From Octopus bimaculoides (Eukaryota), in the NCBI RefSeq assembly GCF_001194135.2, contig NC_069002.1, forward strand, positions 4,188,631 to 4,224,106: a DNA stretch of 35,476 nt, written 5' to 3'. The notes below the pieces were generated by a model. That model was not told the origin of the DNA, ran no database searches, and saw nothing but the letters and a program-made list of their open reading frames with translations. Positions 21,900-33,129 of the stretch are shown in pieces. Both the position numbers and the translations under genes were made by a program. Position 1 is the first letter of the stretch; each line of letters begins with the position of its first letter.

Positions 21900-22060
21900 T
21901 TATTGGTAGGAAGGTAGGCAGGCAGGCAGGCAGGTAGGTAGGCAGGTAGGTGGGTACCTCTGTACACGTTGAGATAGGTTGGTAGGTAGCTGTGTCCGTA
22001 TTTAAGTAACTGGGTGGGTGAATAGGTAGGTAGAAAGGTTGGTAGGCAGGTAGGAACATA
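21900..22060. repeat. Degenerate (GGTA/GGCA)n tetranucleotide repeat
   Basis: Direct reading. Confidence 0.9.
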
Positions 22061-23150
22061 TAAGATCATTGAAGGAAACGGCCTAGGGCCCTCTGTGTCT
22101 GTCCTACGTGTACGTTTTGTAGTATTTAATGCATTTTTCATTTATTATGTGTGTGTGTGTGTCTGTGTGTATTTAATATCAAGAAAGATAGTTTACTTCG
22201 AAGTTTCAATGGATGGAGTGGAGGTTGTATGTCCTGAGTATGCCATTAAACTGCTTTTGGGGATGAGGCTCCAGTTGGAGTATTCTGGAGTTGTGAGGAG
22301 AGTGGAGTGACCCTTTCATTACCATTAGTTTCAGGTCCGTTCTGATCCAGAAGAATAATACCTGTCAGGGTCCCGTCTATGGGTTAAATAGATTTTCCAG
22401 GGTAGACGAGGTTTCCGATCGCTTTGACAAAGCCGTTGGAAAGCCAACTCTTCTAGAAGAAAGATACTTTCACATACAATTCATATTATTATATTAGAGC
22501 CGTACGGCCTTCATATTTTTTGCATGATTATATTTGGATTAGTACCCACTACCTGTCTCATGCTTGTTTTTGTCACTGTCCTCCACGTTCGCTCATTATT
22601 CCCAGCAGCTTTTTGCTGCTGACGCCACCAAAAATGAAAACTGTTATTGTTAAAGGCGCGAAACTGTGGTGAATTTTGGAAAATAACTGACGAGGAAAGA
22701 GCACGTCCATGTCTTGTGTGTGAATTTATTCTTTATCGGGCTTCTACTCAGTTTTCAATGCATATGCATGTAAATATACATACATACATATATATATGTG
22801 TGTGTATATATCTTTTAGCTTCCTCTATGCCGTTTTGCTTTCTTCTGCTCACTGCGAGTGCTATCTTAGTCTAATTAATTTTTAATTATAATTGAGCACT
22901 TACAGTAAAACTAGCTGTCCTTCCCCCACCTCCTTTGCTTCAGAAATGACAGCCACGTGGCTCATAGATCACATTTAGATGTATTATCTTCAACTACAGA
23001 CCTAAGTGCATGAGTGTGGGCGTGTGTTCGCATGTAATGTAACATATGTGCGTCTGTATGCATGTGTGTATGTATACATGTATGTATGTATGTGGGTACA
23101 TATACTTTAGTCTCTATACACTATAGACATACAAGCACGTGTTTATATAT

Positions 23151-23203
<53 letters not shown>

Positions 23204-23450
23204 TGTATGTATGTATTGTTATTAACTTATTATTAACTAGTTAGCAGCCATCTCTGGCGAATGCTTATATAGTTTATGCAAGTATGCACCAATGCGAAAA
23301 TTTATGTTTGTGTGTGTGTGAGAGAGAGAGTGTGTTTGTGTGTGTGAGTGCGTGTGTAGGGTGAACAATTATGATAATTATGTTTGTGTGTGTGTAGTGT
23401 ATAAATATGATAATTATATCTATATATGTGTGTGTGGGTGTATATATTTT

Positions 23451-23752
23451 ATTCTTTGCTTGTTTCATTCATTGGACTGCAGTCATGCTGGGGCACCGCC
23501 TTGACGGGTTCATCGAACAAATCGACTGCAGTACTTACTTTTTAAGTTCAGTACTTGTTCTATCGGATTATTTGTCGAACCCCTATATTACAAACGAAAA
23601 CCGGTTGTCAAACAGCGGATCAGTCACACACACCTATACGAACGTGCGCACACACACACGTACGCACACATATATGACTGGCTTCTTCATAGTTTCCATC
23701 TATGGAATTTTTTTTAAACAAGGCATTTGTCTGTTGCGGCTATAGTAGGAGA
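23451..23752 (-). mobile_element. Degraded SINE family B
   Basis: ggactgcagtcatgctggggcaccgccttga...tcgaacaaatcgac...ccggttgtcaa...gcttcttcatagtttcc...ggctatagtagga. Confidence 0.82.
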
Positions 23753-23756
23753 TTGG

Positions 23757-23879
23757 GAAGGCTAGCAATTTTACGGTAGTGGTAAGTCGATTACATCAAT
23801 CCAGTAGTTAACTGGTGCTTATTTTATCGACCTCAAAAAGGTCGAAAGTTTAAGTCGACCCTGGCGGAATTTGAACCTC
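23757..23879 (-). mobile_element. SINE family A, 5'-truncated
   Basis: agtcgattacatcaatccag...ctggtgcttattttatcgacc...agtcgaccctggcggaatttgaac. Confidence 0.85.
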
Positions 23880-24415
23880 TTAGGGAACTTCGAAGGTGCA
23901 TCCATGGTCATTAGTGATCGACGGAGTTGAGTTATGTATGTATGTATGTATGTATGTATGTATGAGTTGGCATGTGCGAGTGTATATTTCTGCATAAAAC
24001 TTTCATCTTTAGCATAAATAAATAGACTGAACATCTGAATTAAATTACAATAAATAACATTTAATAATGCAACATACCCACCAAATATAAACATTAAATA
24101 GCCAAGAAATTAACTCCCCAAAAATAAAACACACACAGCATATATATAAAACGCAACGTAAAAATTATAACAAAAAGAACAAAAAAACAGAAAAAGTTAA
24201 AATAAATAAGAAAGAGAAATTTGTATCTAGATTTGAGTTATGAACCCAAAATGAAGCAAAAAGCCATCTGTTAGTCGCTGGCTGGCTGGCTGGTATGTTG
24301 GTTGCCAATTGCTGTTTGCAAACAGCTGTGTGTGCGTGTTCGTCATTTTACATACATACATACATACACATCCATCCATCCATCCATCCATCCATCCATT
24401 CATACATACATACAT

Positions 24416-24790
24416 TCGTGGAGGCGCAATGGCCCAGTGGTTAGGGCAGTGGACTCGCGGTCATAGAATCGCGGTTTAGATTCCCAGACCGGGGCGCTGT
24501 GAGTGTTTATTGAGCGAAAACACCTAAATCTCCACGAGGCTCCGGCAGGGGATGATGGCGAACCCTACTGTACTCTTTTACCACAACTTTCTCTCACTCT
24601 TACTTCCTGTTTCTGTGGTACCTGTATTTCAAAGGGGCCAGCCTCGTCACACTGTGCCACGCTGAATATCCCCGAGAACTACGTTGTCTGTGGAGTGCTC
24701 AGCCACTTGCACATTAATTTCACGAGCAGGCCGTTCCGTTGATCGGATCAACTCGAACCCTCAACGTCATAAGCGACGGAGTGCCATCAA
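24416..24790 (+). mobile_element. tRNA-derived SINE family D, full length
   Basis: Head ggaggcgcaaTGGCCCAGTGGttaggg (A-box 24430-24440) and ggtttagattccc (B-box). The body is shared with 15472 and 3984; it ends in cgacggagtgcca plus a CAA/CATA tail. Confidence 0.93.
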
Positions 24791-24974
24791 CAAACATACA
24801 TACATTCATAAATACATGCATACATATATGCATGCACACATACATATAGGTGTGTGTGTGGGGGTGGTGATATGTACATCATATAATCAAGACATCACAA
24901 AGAGGAATGGAGAATTATACATGTTCAAAATTTATTTATTGCAGTAAATTCCAACCCGACACGTGTTTCTATTT

Positions 24975-25055
24975 CGGATTGTACGACGATGGCTCAGCAG
25001 GCCGAAACACTGGAGGCACTGTCAACAACATTCTTGTTTAAGAATAATAAATTTG
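24975..25055 (+). mobile_element. Possible Penelope-like terminal (pseudo-LTR) motif
   Basis: gacgatggctcagcaggccgaaacac...aataataaa resembles the GATGA...GCCGAAACG...AATAAA terminal signature. A similar motif lies on the - strand at about 30695-30740. Confidence 0.4.
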
Positions 25056-25112
25056 AACTAAAAAAAAAGAATATAAAGTAACCCATCAGATTAATGTAAG
25101 ATTGTTTCTGTT

Positions 25113-25271
25113 GGCAACGAGCTGGCAAAATCGTTAGCACGCCGGGCGAAATGTTCAGCGGTATTTCGTTTGTCTTTACGTTCTGAGTTCAAATTCCGCC
25201 AGGGTCGAATTTGCCTTTCATCCTTTTGGGGTCGATAAAATAAATAGCAGTCAAGTACTGGGGTTGATGTA

Positions 25272-25276
<5 letters not shown>
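25113..25276 (+). mobile_element. SINE family A, well conserved, 3'-truncated at (TA)n
   Basis: ggcaacgagctggcaaaatcgttagcacgccgggcgaaatg...gagttcaaattccgcc...ggggtcgataaaata. Confidence 0.93.
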
Positions 25277-25308
<32 letters not shown>

Positions 25309-25320
25309 TGCATATATCTA

Positions 25321-25560
25321 TGTGTTTGTGTCTTTGTGTCTGTTTGCATCTCCTCCATCATCGCTTGACAACCGGTGTTGGTGTGTTTACCTTCTCGCAT
25401 TTTAGCAGTCCGGCAAAAGTGCCCGATGGAGTAAAGTAGTAAGCTTAAAAAAGAAAAAAGCAAGTGCTGGAGGGTCGATTTGTTCGACTAAAACCCCTTC
25501 AAGGCGGTGCTCCAGCATGGCCGTAGTCAAATGACTGAAACAAGTAAAAGAATAAAAGAG
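25321..25560 (+). mobile_element. SINE family B, 3' half
   Basis: cgcttgacaaccggtgttggtgtgtttac...gggtcgatttgttcgactaaaacc...aaggcggtgctccagcatggccgtagtcaaatgactgaaacaagtaaaagaataaaag. Confidence 0.92.
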
Positions 25561-25911
25561 GAAAGAAGGTGAGATGAGTGGGAAAGGATGGCTTCAAAGA
25601 AGCAGGGAAAGAGAGAGAGCGAGAAAGGAGGAAGGGGAGGAAGCGCCTGAGAGCGTAAGAGTGGTAGTGTGAGGGGTGTGTTATTTACATATCCAGGTAA
25701 GAGATATCGAAAGAAGTACATTAGCAAGGAAGGGAGAGGGGGAGTGGGGAATCAATGGTTGTGGTAGGAGGGAGAAGGTGTTTGTTGTTGTTGCTGTTGT
25801 AGTGGTGGTGAATCGGCTGGCTTCTTTATCCTTTATCTCCTTTACTTAACCCTTATCCTTTAATCCTACCCCCCCCCCTTTGCTGCAAACGATTAATTGA
25901 TATGTAAATGA

Positions 25912-25955
25912 ATAATTAAAAATAGAAATTCCTCAATTACCACCACCACCACCAT

Positions 25956-25986
<31 letters not shown>

Positions 25987-26710
25987 GAATCCCTCTTTCT
26001 TTCATCAGCACCAACACCAACAACAGCAGCAACAGCACCAGAAACACAACCACTATTTGCTGCTACTACTACTACTACTACTACAAGTAACAACATAAGC
26101 CGCAACGCTGTCAACGTTTCTATCACCACCACCACCATTACTGATACGGTTGCTACTACTACTACTACTACTAGCAACGGCAACGGCAGCAGCAATAGAA
26201 AAAAAAAAAGAAAAAAAAAACCGTTACCACCACCACCACCACCACCACCGCCATCATCGCTGTTACTGCTGCAGCTGCTGCCATCTTTAAGAACGACAGC
26301 GACGTCGTTTTCGATAATAGTAAGAAGGCGAAAAGAATAACAGCGGCAGCAGCAGCAGCAGAAACGTCACCGCCACTACCACCACTACCAGCAGCAGCAG
26401 CAACAGCATCAGAAGAAAAAGTCACCGTCACCACCACCACCACCACCACCACCGGCATTAGCAATAGTAGGAGGAAGAAGAGGAGGGGGAGGAGCAGCAG
26501 TAATAGTAGGAGTTTCACTATCACCAGCGAAAGCATCAGCAGCAGCAGCATTAACAACAACAGGGAGAAGCGTGTGAATAACATTCATACATACACCTAT
26601 CCATTTTAAATACGGTGGGATAGAATTGCTACTATTACTACTACTACTACTACCACCACCACCACTACCACCAGCGCCACGACTACTACCAACTATATAC
26701 AGACTACAAC
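25912..26710. repeat. Mosaic of in-phase trinucleotide repeats (ACC, ACT, AGC/GCA, ACA/AAC, AGG, AAG) with a central poly-A run
   Basis: Direct reading; long stop-free frames on both strands, shifted by one base at the A-run (26198-26220). Confidence 0.9.
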
Positions 26711-27066
26711 AACACTATTACCCCCAACACACACGTCTATACTACAAACCCCGTCCCCCGCTTCACTCCAGTCTCTCGTAGTGAAACGTTTTACACTACA
26801 GTAATATCAGCGCTGGTATCTCGTATACTACTTAGATATACAACAGTCGCTTATATTCAGTAGTAGCTCACCACGTTTACACTAACACCGATACCACAGT
26901 TACACTACAAAACCCATTAACTACAGTAGCTCCGGTTATATATATTTTTTGAGCTGTTTGTAGTAGAAGAAGGAGAACAACAACAACATTAACAACAAGG
27001 AGAGCTGACAATAACAAATACCAGCACCACCACCACCACCAATAACAACAACAACACCAACAAAAA

Positions 27067-27115
27067 ATGGATAGCAGCAATAATGAGTTTAAGAATTACT
27101 CTGCAAACGAAACAG
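27067..27115 (+). CDS. Candidate first coding exon (MDSSNNEFKNYSANET, phase-1 intron) of an unknown, possibly N-glycosylated membrane protein
   Basis: Start context cAAAAAATGG; perfect donor CAG|GTGAGT at 27116-27121; two N-x-S/T sequons (NYS, NET) in 16 residues; the sequence turns T-rich and intron-like afterwards. No second exon was identified. Confidence 0.5.
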
Positions 27116-27399
27116 GTGAGTTAATTTCTATCTTTGAATTAATTCTTCCTCGTGTTTTATTCTTGTTTATTGTTGGTGTTGTTTTCAGAATACAGTTTAG
27201 TGTCTGTTCCTGTTATCAAACAATTGGAGAACAGAAATGCTTATTATTATTATTATTGGTGGAAATTCCACCCTGAATTTACCCACGACTGTCTTTCTTT
27301 CTTTTATTTTTCTTGTTTGGTCTTAGTATTATAATCTCTCATTCGTTTCTACTCCTGTGGCATCAATGATGAAAGAGTAATGTTATGTACACACCACAC

Positions 27400-27950
27400 A
27401 ATCACAAATATACACAAGCACGTACGTATTATATAATATTTATATACATATATACACACACGCACCCGTGATACAATATCTGAATGTTTGTGTTTATGCA
27501 TGAGTATACGGATAATTGGTTGCATTATGTATTTGTATGATGGATGTATGTGTTATATTTAGTGTATATATAAATAGAGCATGGGTTGTATATGAATGTA
27601 TATGATAATGCATTGATATACATATTTAATGTGTACATATAAAGTGTATATATATGCACGACTTGTAAATGGATGTGTAATATTTGAGCGCCTGTACGTA
27701 TGTATACGCGGGTAGTTTTATTTATATCTCTGAGAGAAAGGGAGGGATGTGTAAATAGAAATATGTCCTCACACCCATATTTATGTGTGTGTGTACGATT
27801 GATGTACACTACCAATATACGCATGCATACATATGTATGTATGTGTGTGTATGTATGTATGATATATGCACGTACTATGAATGGTATTCGTTTATGCATG
27901 ACTATGCGACCAAATGTGTGTGTGTATATATATTATGCATCTCTATGTAT
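27400..27950. repeat. Old, degenerate TA/TG/CA low-complexity tract
   Basis: Direct reading. Confidence 0.8.
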
Positions 27951-28449
27951 GTCCCAGAACGATTTCCACTTTATTTCTAATGTTCTATTCTTGTAACCTG
28001 GGCAACTGTTGAAATTATTTTCGTGTGCATTGACAGGATCAGTAGAGCGTCGGTAGACCAAAAATGCCTACTATATATTGTTACATCTTTTATGATCGTC
28101 GCCAGCATAGAAATATTCTGTTTTCACATCCCACCGAATTGTACTTTGCCTTTCATTCATTAGGGAATGGTAAACATAAAGTTCCAGTAAATTACTTCAC
28201 AGCATCTACCCCGCCATACTCCTCTAACTGTCTCTTTCTCTCTCTCTCTGTTTCTCTTATACCAAACACTGTAAGCCTTGTGGAAACCAATCTTAGAAAT
28301 TATTGTTATCTTGGTTGTTTATTTTAAAATTCCCCATCTTTAATGTATCATAAAAAATAAACGCGATCACCAGAACAACAAATGGTTGACCCACCCGGAG
28401 GCAACTTTCGACTGGTTTTTAATTGGGTCTCTTAGAATGTATGTATGTT

Positions 28450-28640
28450 CAGCCTTCAGTCTAGCCTGATCTAGTAAATCTATCATGAAAGACATCCAGT
28501 CACCATAATTTCGTTACGTTTTCTTTTTTCTTTTGATATTTCAGGTATGCCAGACCTCCTGCCTCTTTTTCAGACGGCAGTAGCAAGTAGTTTGGGGAAG
28601 CTATGACTGCTATTTCTAGCATGCTGAGCGGCTGCATAAG
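28450..28640 (-). mobile_element. Family F degraded copy
   Basis: tatgactgctatttctagcatgctgagcg core shared with about 30241, 34626 and 19648. Confidence 0.55.
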
Positions 28641-28850
28641 TTACCTTCGTATTGTGTATGTGTATACAAACATATATGTGCATAATTCAAGCTGAAGCTG
28701 TTTATTATAATTACAAATAACGTTTGCAAACGGTTATTGTTATCGAAATGAATGGGTCCCAAGGACTCTCAGAATGTTGTTATATTCTCTGCATAATGCT
28801 CTCAGCCGGTTTTTGTCATCGAAAAGGCTTCGTTCCAGTGTGTGTGTATG

Positions 28851-28906
<56 letters not shown>

Positions 28907-28909
<3 letters not shown>

Positions 28910-29052
28910 TTCATCCTGAGCGTCCTATGTTTGCTTCATGAGGCTGGAATCCTCCGAAGTTAGTGATCCCAGAGGCGTCATCATGCGTAGAGCCGACCAG
29001 GTCCACCAGTGCTCGCCATTGCTGGCGGTCCCGTGCCAGCCCTTCTGCATTC
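28907..29052 (-). mobile_element. RTE-type LINE 3' end relic
   Basis: EGLARDRQQWRALVDLVGSTHD matches the RTE C-terminal LA.DR..WR.LV motif. Confidence 0.65.
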
Positions 29053-29057
29053 TATAT

Positions 29058-29112
29058 ACTCTTTTACTTGTTTCAGTCATTTGACTGCGGCCATGCTGGA
29101 GCACCACCTTTA
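29058..29112 (-). mobile_element. SINE family B extreme 3' stub
   Basis: ctcttttacttgtttcagtcatttgactgcggccatgctggagcaccaccttta. Confidence 0.9.
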
Positions 29113-29263
29113 TAATATATATATATATTGTGTCCGGGGAGTCATAGTGCCTTAATGCAAAAAACGAAGTTAAATATATATTATCTAAAACGCTTTGATT
29201 TGGTCCCTGCAATTTAAGTTTCTAAGGCTTGTAAAAAGCCTAACCCGACAGGTTTTATATATA

Positions 29264-29610
29264 TTCTTGCTTTAGTCATTTGACTGCGGCAGTGCTGGAG
29301 CACCGCCTTTCGTCGAACAAATCGACCCCCAGGACTTATTCTTTGTAAGCTTAGTACTTATTCGATCGGCATCTTTTGCCGAACCGCTAAGTTACGGGGA
29401 CGTAAACACACCAACATCAGTTGTCAGGCGATGGTGGACACATATATACACACACATACAACGGGCTTCTTTCAGTTTCCGTCTATCAAATCCATTCACA
29501 AGGCTTTGTTTGGCCCGAGGCTATAGTAGAAGACACTTGTCCAAGGTGCCACGCAGTGGGAGTGAGCCCGGAACCATGTAGCTGGGAAGCATGCTTCTTA
29601 CCACACAACA
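29264..29610 (-). mobile_element. SINE family B, full length
   Basis: Collinear with 9063-9370 plus the 3' module; head ttgtgtggtaagaagcatgc...ggctcactccc. Confidence 0.93.
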
Positions 29611-29682
29611 GGAAGCTATGGGAATTGAACCCAGTGTCCATCAGATACTGGCTGTGTGGTCTATCATTAAGCTAAACGGTCC
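29611..29682 (-). pseudogene. 72-nt tRNA-like sequence (pseudo-tRNA or SINE head)
   Basis: The reverse complement is GGACCGTTTAGCTTAATGATAGACCACACAGCCAGTATCTGATGGACACTGGGTTCAATTCCCATAGCTTCC, with A-box-like TAGCTTAATG, B-box GGTTCAATTCC and a partial T-stem. The acceptor and anticodon arms are poorly paired. Confidence 0.5.
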
Positions 29683-29685
29683 ATG

Positions 29686-29723
<38 letters not shown>

Positions 29724-30417
29724 CGACCCGCCAATACAATTTGCGGTATTGCGAGATTGCTGACCGAAAATTATTTAAAATTCCTTTGGTGGACCGATGC
29801 AGAGAGAAGCAGTAATAATATGGGATTAAAACCGACCCGTATCCCCTCATTCCGTTGCCAAAGAAAAACGGTGCAACTTCCGTCTTGTGTCAAGATAAAT
29901 AATTTTCAATGTCCATTGAATATCATTTTTTTTTCAACTCTGTCAACACTGATGGAACGAGAGCCATGACCATTCATCTCCATCAAGTCAACAAGAGTAT
30001 GGTTTAACACTTGTGACACCAACCTGCCGAACACCACCCTAGTTGTAGAAAAAGAAAACTTCCTGTTTTAACGGGATCTAAATTAGAACACCCTCTGTCA
30101 AAATTCCTTGTTCATTTACGTTTCAAACATCAGCTTACTAATGGCAAAATTATTCTAGTATATACTCCAGTAATTTTTAAAAATTGGAACAAAAGTAGGG
30201 AGTTTCAACTGAAATATATATAGGAATAGTGTGGAAGTTTTTGGCTGTTGTTTCTGGCAGATCGTTTGACCACGCAACTCCCTACCTACTTCTGGTTTCT
30301 AAATTCGTAACTGAGACTGTTTCATGAAGAGACTTTCAGCATTCCACCCGAATATCTGTAACAGTCAGCCGTGGTGTTATCTTGATCAAAATAAAACCCT
30401 CATTGTTATTTTTTGTA

Positions 30418-30525
30418 GAGCACCGGGACGAAATGCTTTACAGCACTTCAGTTGTGTCTTTTCTTATGTTCTTGTATTCGAATCTCGATGAAATCGAATG
30501 TTATTTTTCAACCTTCCGGGACCGT
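30418..30525 (+). mobile_element. Highly degraded SINE family A
   Basis: agcaccgggacgaaatgcttta...gttcttgtattcgaatctcgatgaaatcga. Confidence 0.6.
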
Positions 30526-30884
30526 TCATTTAAAGTGCCGGTCAGGTGTTGCGGTTCTTTGTATTAGTGTATTAAGGCGGTAAACTCAAAATGAGAATAC
30601 AAAATACGAACAGAAACCAGAATACAATGCAAACACGAACGTTATTCTGAATACGTTGATATATTCGAACTTGTGTCTTTCGGAAGTTGTTATCGTCGTA
30701 ACATTTCGGCTGCTGTACCTTCCGGCTTCCTTCACGTTTAAAACTCTTAATTTCCACTTTTTGTTTTGTCCCACGGGGGGAAATAATATGGTTTTGTAGC
30801 CTTACTAGTGGGCTGAGTTCAATCCTTGCATCAATCAACGTGTGTGTGTGCATGGGCGCGCGCTTGTATTTTAGTCCTTCCTGT

Positions 30885-31205
30885 ACAGTTTAGATGTCTC
30901 CAATAATCCCAGTTTTGAGCATAATCAGTTTGAGCTTTGCTACATCTTCCCAGGTGATGCCAAATTACTTAAAGATCTTTGAAGAAGGCGCAGTCTGTCG
31001 CTTTGAGTCTCTCTCTCTCTCCCTTCGATACTCGTGGTATCTATTTTACATCTGTCTTGGATATTCGTTCTTCTGGCAGCTGGAAAACATGACCTGCAAG
31101 TTTCGCTCTTCTTCCCGCCACGACCTTCTGCACGCTGCGCAGATTGGATCATCTCAGGCGTTCAGGGTCTGTGATCCTGTTCCTGTAGGCGAGTATTCTA
31201 CGTAA
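30885..31205 (-). pseudogene. RTE-clade LINE C-terminal relic
   Basis: YRNRITDPERLR*SNLRSVQKVVAGRRAKLAGHVFQLPEERISKTDVK*IP...FGITWEDVAKL / AQNWDYWRHL follows W.DRI.N.EVL.R....RRLRFAGHV.R.P.ER.AK....TW.....AQ.R..WR.L. Confidence 0.82.
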
Positions 31206-31420
31206 ACACCATTGGTTGATGTGTAACGAATTATCGGCATCGCAAGTAGTGGAGTACCTAATAAGGAGGATACCCCTTGTATGGATATAAAAGTACGAGA
31301 ACAGCCTACCCAACACCCGCGGGTTTAGTTAAGGGTCCTATTCGAAATTTCGAGAACATTAGCAAATAACGTAAACGCTTAAAGATACGGGCACCAAACT
31401 GAATATGGCGGTGTATAACA

Positions 31421-31590
31421 ATGGTTTAGATACAAGGCCAGCAATGTCGAGGGGTAGGGTTTAGCAGACATCATCAACTCTTATTACTTGACTGGTACAT
31501 AATTTTATCGACCCCGAAGGGATGAAAGGTAAAACTAGCCTCGGCTGCGGGCATTTTGTCCGGTGCAGTAACGATTCTGTCAATCCATCG
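31421..31590 (-). mobile_element. SINE family A with an internal deletion
   Basis: tacaaggccagcaat...actggtacataattttatcgaccccgaagggatgaaagg...gcattttgtccggtgcagtaacgattctg. Confidence 0.85.
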
Positions 31591-31794
31591 ACCATTTCTA
31601 AATCTGTGTATAATAATGGCGAACCCCAGTTACCACCACTATTCAGCTAAAACACGAATGTCATTATATTTTCTGAAGAACCCAACAATACTTTGAATAT
31701 GCATAATTATGTGTTTCCTGTGTATTAAATACGTAATTGTATAATGTATATATTATACTATTATATATCATACATCTTATCTGTCTGTTTGTCC

Positions 31795-31879
<85 letters not shown>

Positions 31880-32110
31880 GGAAGGGTAGTATTGTTTGAT
31901 CCAATATTATTAGTGGCTCAGCCAGATTGTTATAGTTTCGTGTAGGATTTCATATTTGGGTCGCCTTACACACGACCAATCTGGTGATTTATAACTAATA
32001 TGCATTTAGGCATATCAAGTGACTGCGATACTTGACTGGTAGTTGTTCTATCGACTATAGACGTCAAAAGAGAAAGAAAGACGAAGTTGATCTCACTGTT
32101 GATCTCATAT

Positions 32111-32243
32111 TGGTTTCAAATTTTTGGCACAAAGCCAGTAATTTCTTGGAAAGACTAAGTAGATTACATCGACACCATTGCTCAACTGGTACTTACTTTA
32201 TCCTGTTCGAATGGATGAAAAGCGAAGTCGACCTCGGCAGAAT
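32111..32243 (-). mobile_element. SINE family A, 5'-truncated
   Basis: tggtttcaaatttttggcacaaagccag...caactggtacttactttatc...ggatgaaaagcgaagtcgacctcggcagaat. Confidence 0.88.
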
Positions 32244-32486
32244 ATCTCCCTATTTATATTGCGTCAAGCAAAATTATCCTTGTCGTATATTTAAACGGTT
32301 ACATATTTTATAAGGATGACGATTGGTTTGTTTAACCTTTTATTCTACCGGTGAATAAAAGTACCAGTTAAATTCTTTCTCAGTCGGTTGCACAACACTA
32401 TGAGATGTCGTGGGAGACCATCCAATATAGTTCATTTTCCTTGTGTGTTGCTAAGAGGGGTGTTAGTAATATTCTGGGACCGATTT

Positions 32487-32752
32487 CATCGATCCATCCA
32501 TTTTTGGCACTCTTCCTGAGAGAGTCGTAGGAATAGAATCCTCAAACATCTCCTCCACGCTGTCCTATCAGAAGCAACCGTCGTTACACTTTCCCGCTGG
32601 ATTCCCAAGACTGACCAGTTGAGACTGTGGATATTATCCAACCACGTCGCTCGTGGTCTATCCTGACGTCTTCTGCCGGTTGGCTCGGCTTGAAGAAGCT
32701 GTCTTGCAACACCATTTCGTTAAGTTTCACCCATATTCCTTTGTCAAGGAAA
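32487..32752 (-). pseudogene. RTE-clade (Expander/Rex3-like) LINE 3' relic with GATG tail
   Basis: ARQLLQAEPTGRRRQDRPRATWLDNIHSLNWSVLGIQRESVTTVASDRTAWRRCLRIL, followed by atggatggatcgatg. This matches R..L.A.P.GRRP.GRPR.RW.D.I..L.W..LGI......VA.DR..W...L. Confidence 0.87.
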
Positions 32753-32796
32753 AACAATGCAACCTCTACCTATATCATCTTTCTTTAAGGCGGCGA

Positions 32797-33086
32797 GCCT
32801 TCAAGAATTTTAGTCGAACGAATCGACCCCAGTACTTATTTTTTAAAGCCTGGTATTTATTCTATCAGTCTCTTTTGCTGAAACCCTAGGATACAGGTGC
32901 ATTAACCAACACTGATTGTCAAGCATTTGGCGGAGAAGAGGGAGCTTCTACCAAATCCACTCACGAGGCCTTGGTCAGCCCAAGGCTGTAGTAGAAGACG
33001 CTCGCTCAAAGAACCACACACTGGGACGGAACTCAGAACCCTGTAGTTGGAAAGCAAACTTTTTACCACCCAGCCATGCCTGCGCC
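32797..33086 (-). mobile_element. Degraded SINE family B lacking the terminal module
   Basis: gccttcaagaattttagtcgaacgaatcgaccccag...ctaccaaatccactcacgaggccttggtcagcccaaggctgtagtagaagac...ttaccacccagccatg. Confidence 0.88.
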
Positions 33087-33129
33087 TATATTTTATATAC
33101 AATTATAATTATTCTTTCAGTGATATCGT

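Noticed and set aside
22245-22410. Segment recalling a common octopus interspersed repeat (ccctttcattaccatta...cagggtcccgtctatggg); likewise 30060-30225
   Set aside because: Recognition is from memory only, with no second copy in the window to support boundaries.
25688-25703. Donor-like CAG|GTAAGA in the GA-rich region upstream of the candidate gene
   Set aside because: No supporting exon start or reading frame; it could be a non-coding exon but cannot be supported from sequence alone.
25893-26584. Minus-strand Val/Leu-rich ORFs that look like transmembrane proteins
   Set aside because: The hydrophobicity comes from (GTG/GTA/CTG)n repeats, and no family motif is present.
27067-27276. The full 69-aa ORF as a single-exon protein
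   Set aside because: After codon 16 it runs through a consensus splice donor into T-rich and (ATT)n sequence; a spliced exon is the better explanation.
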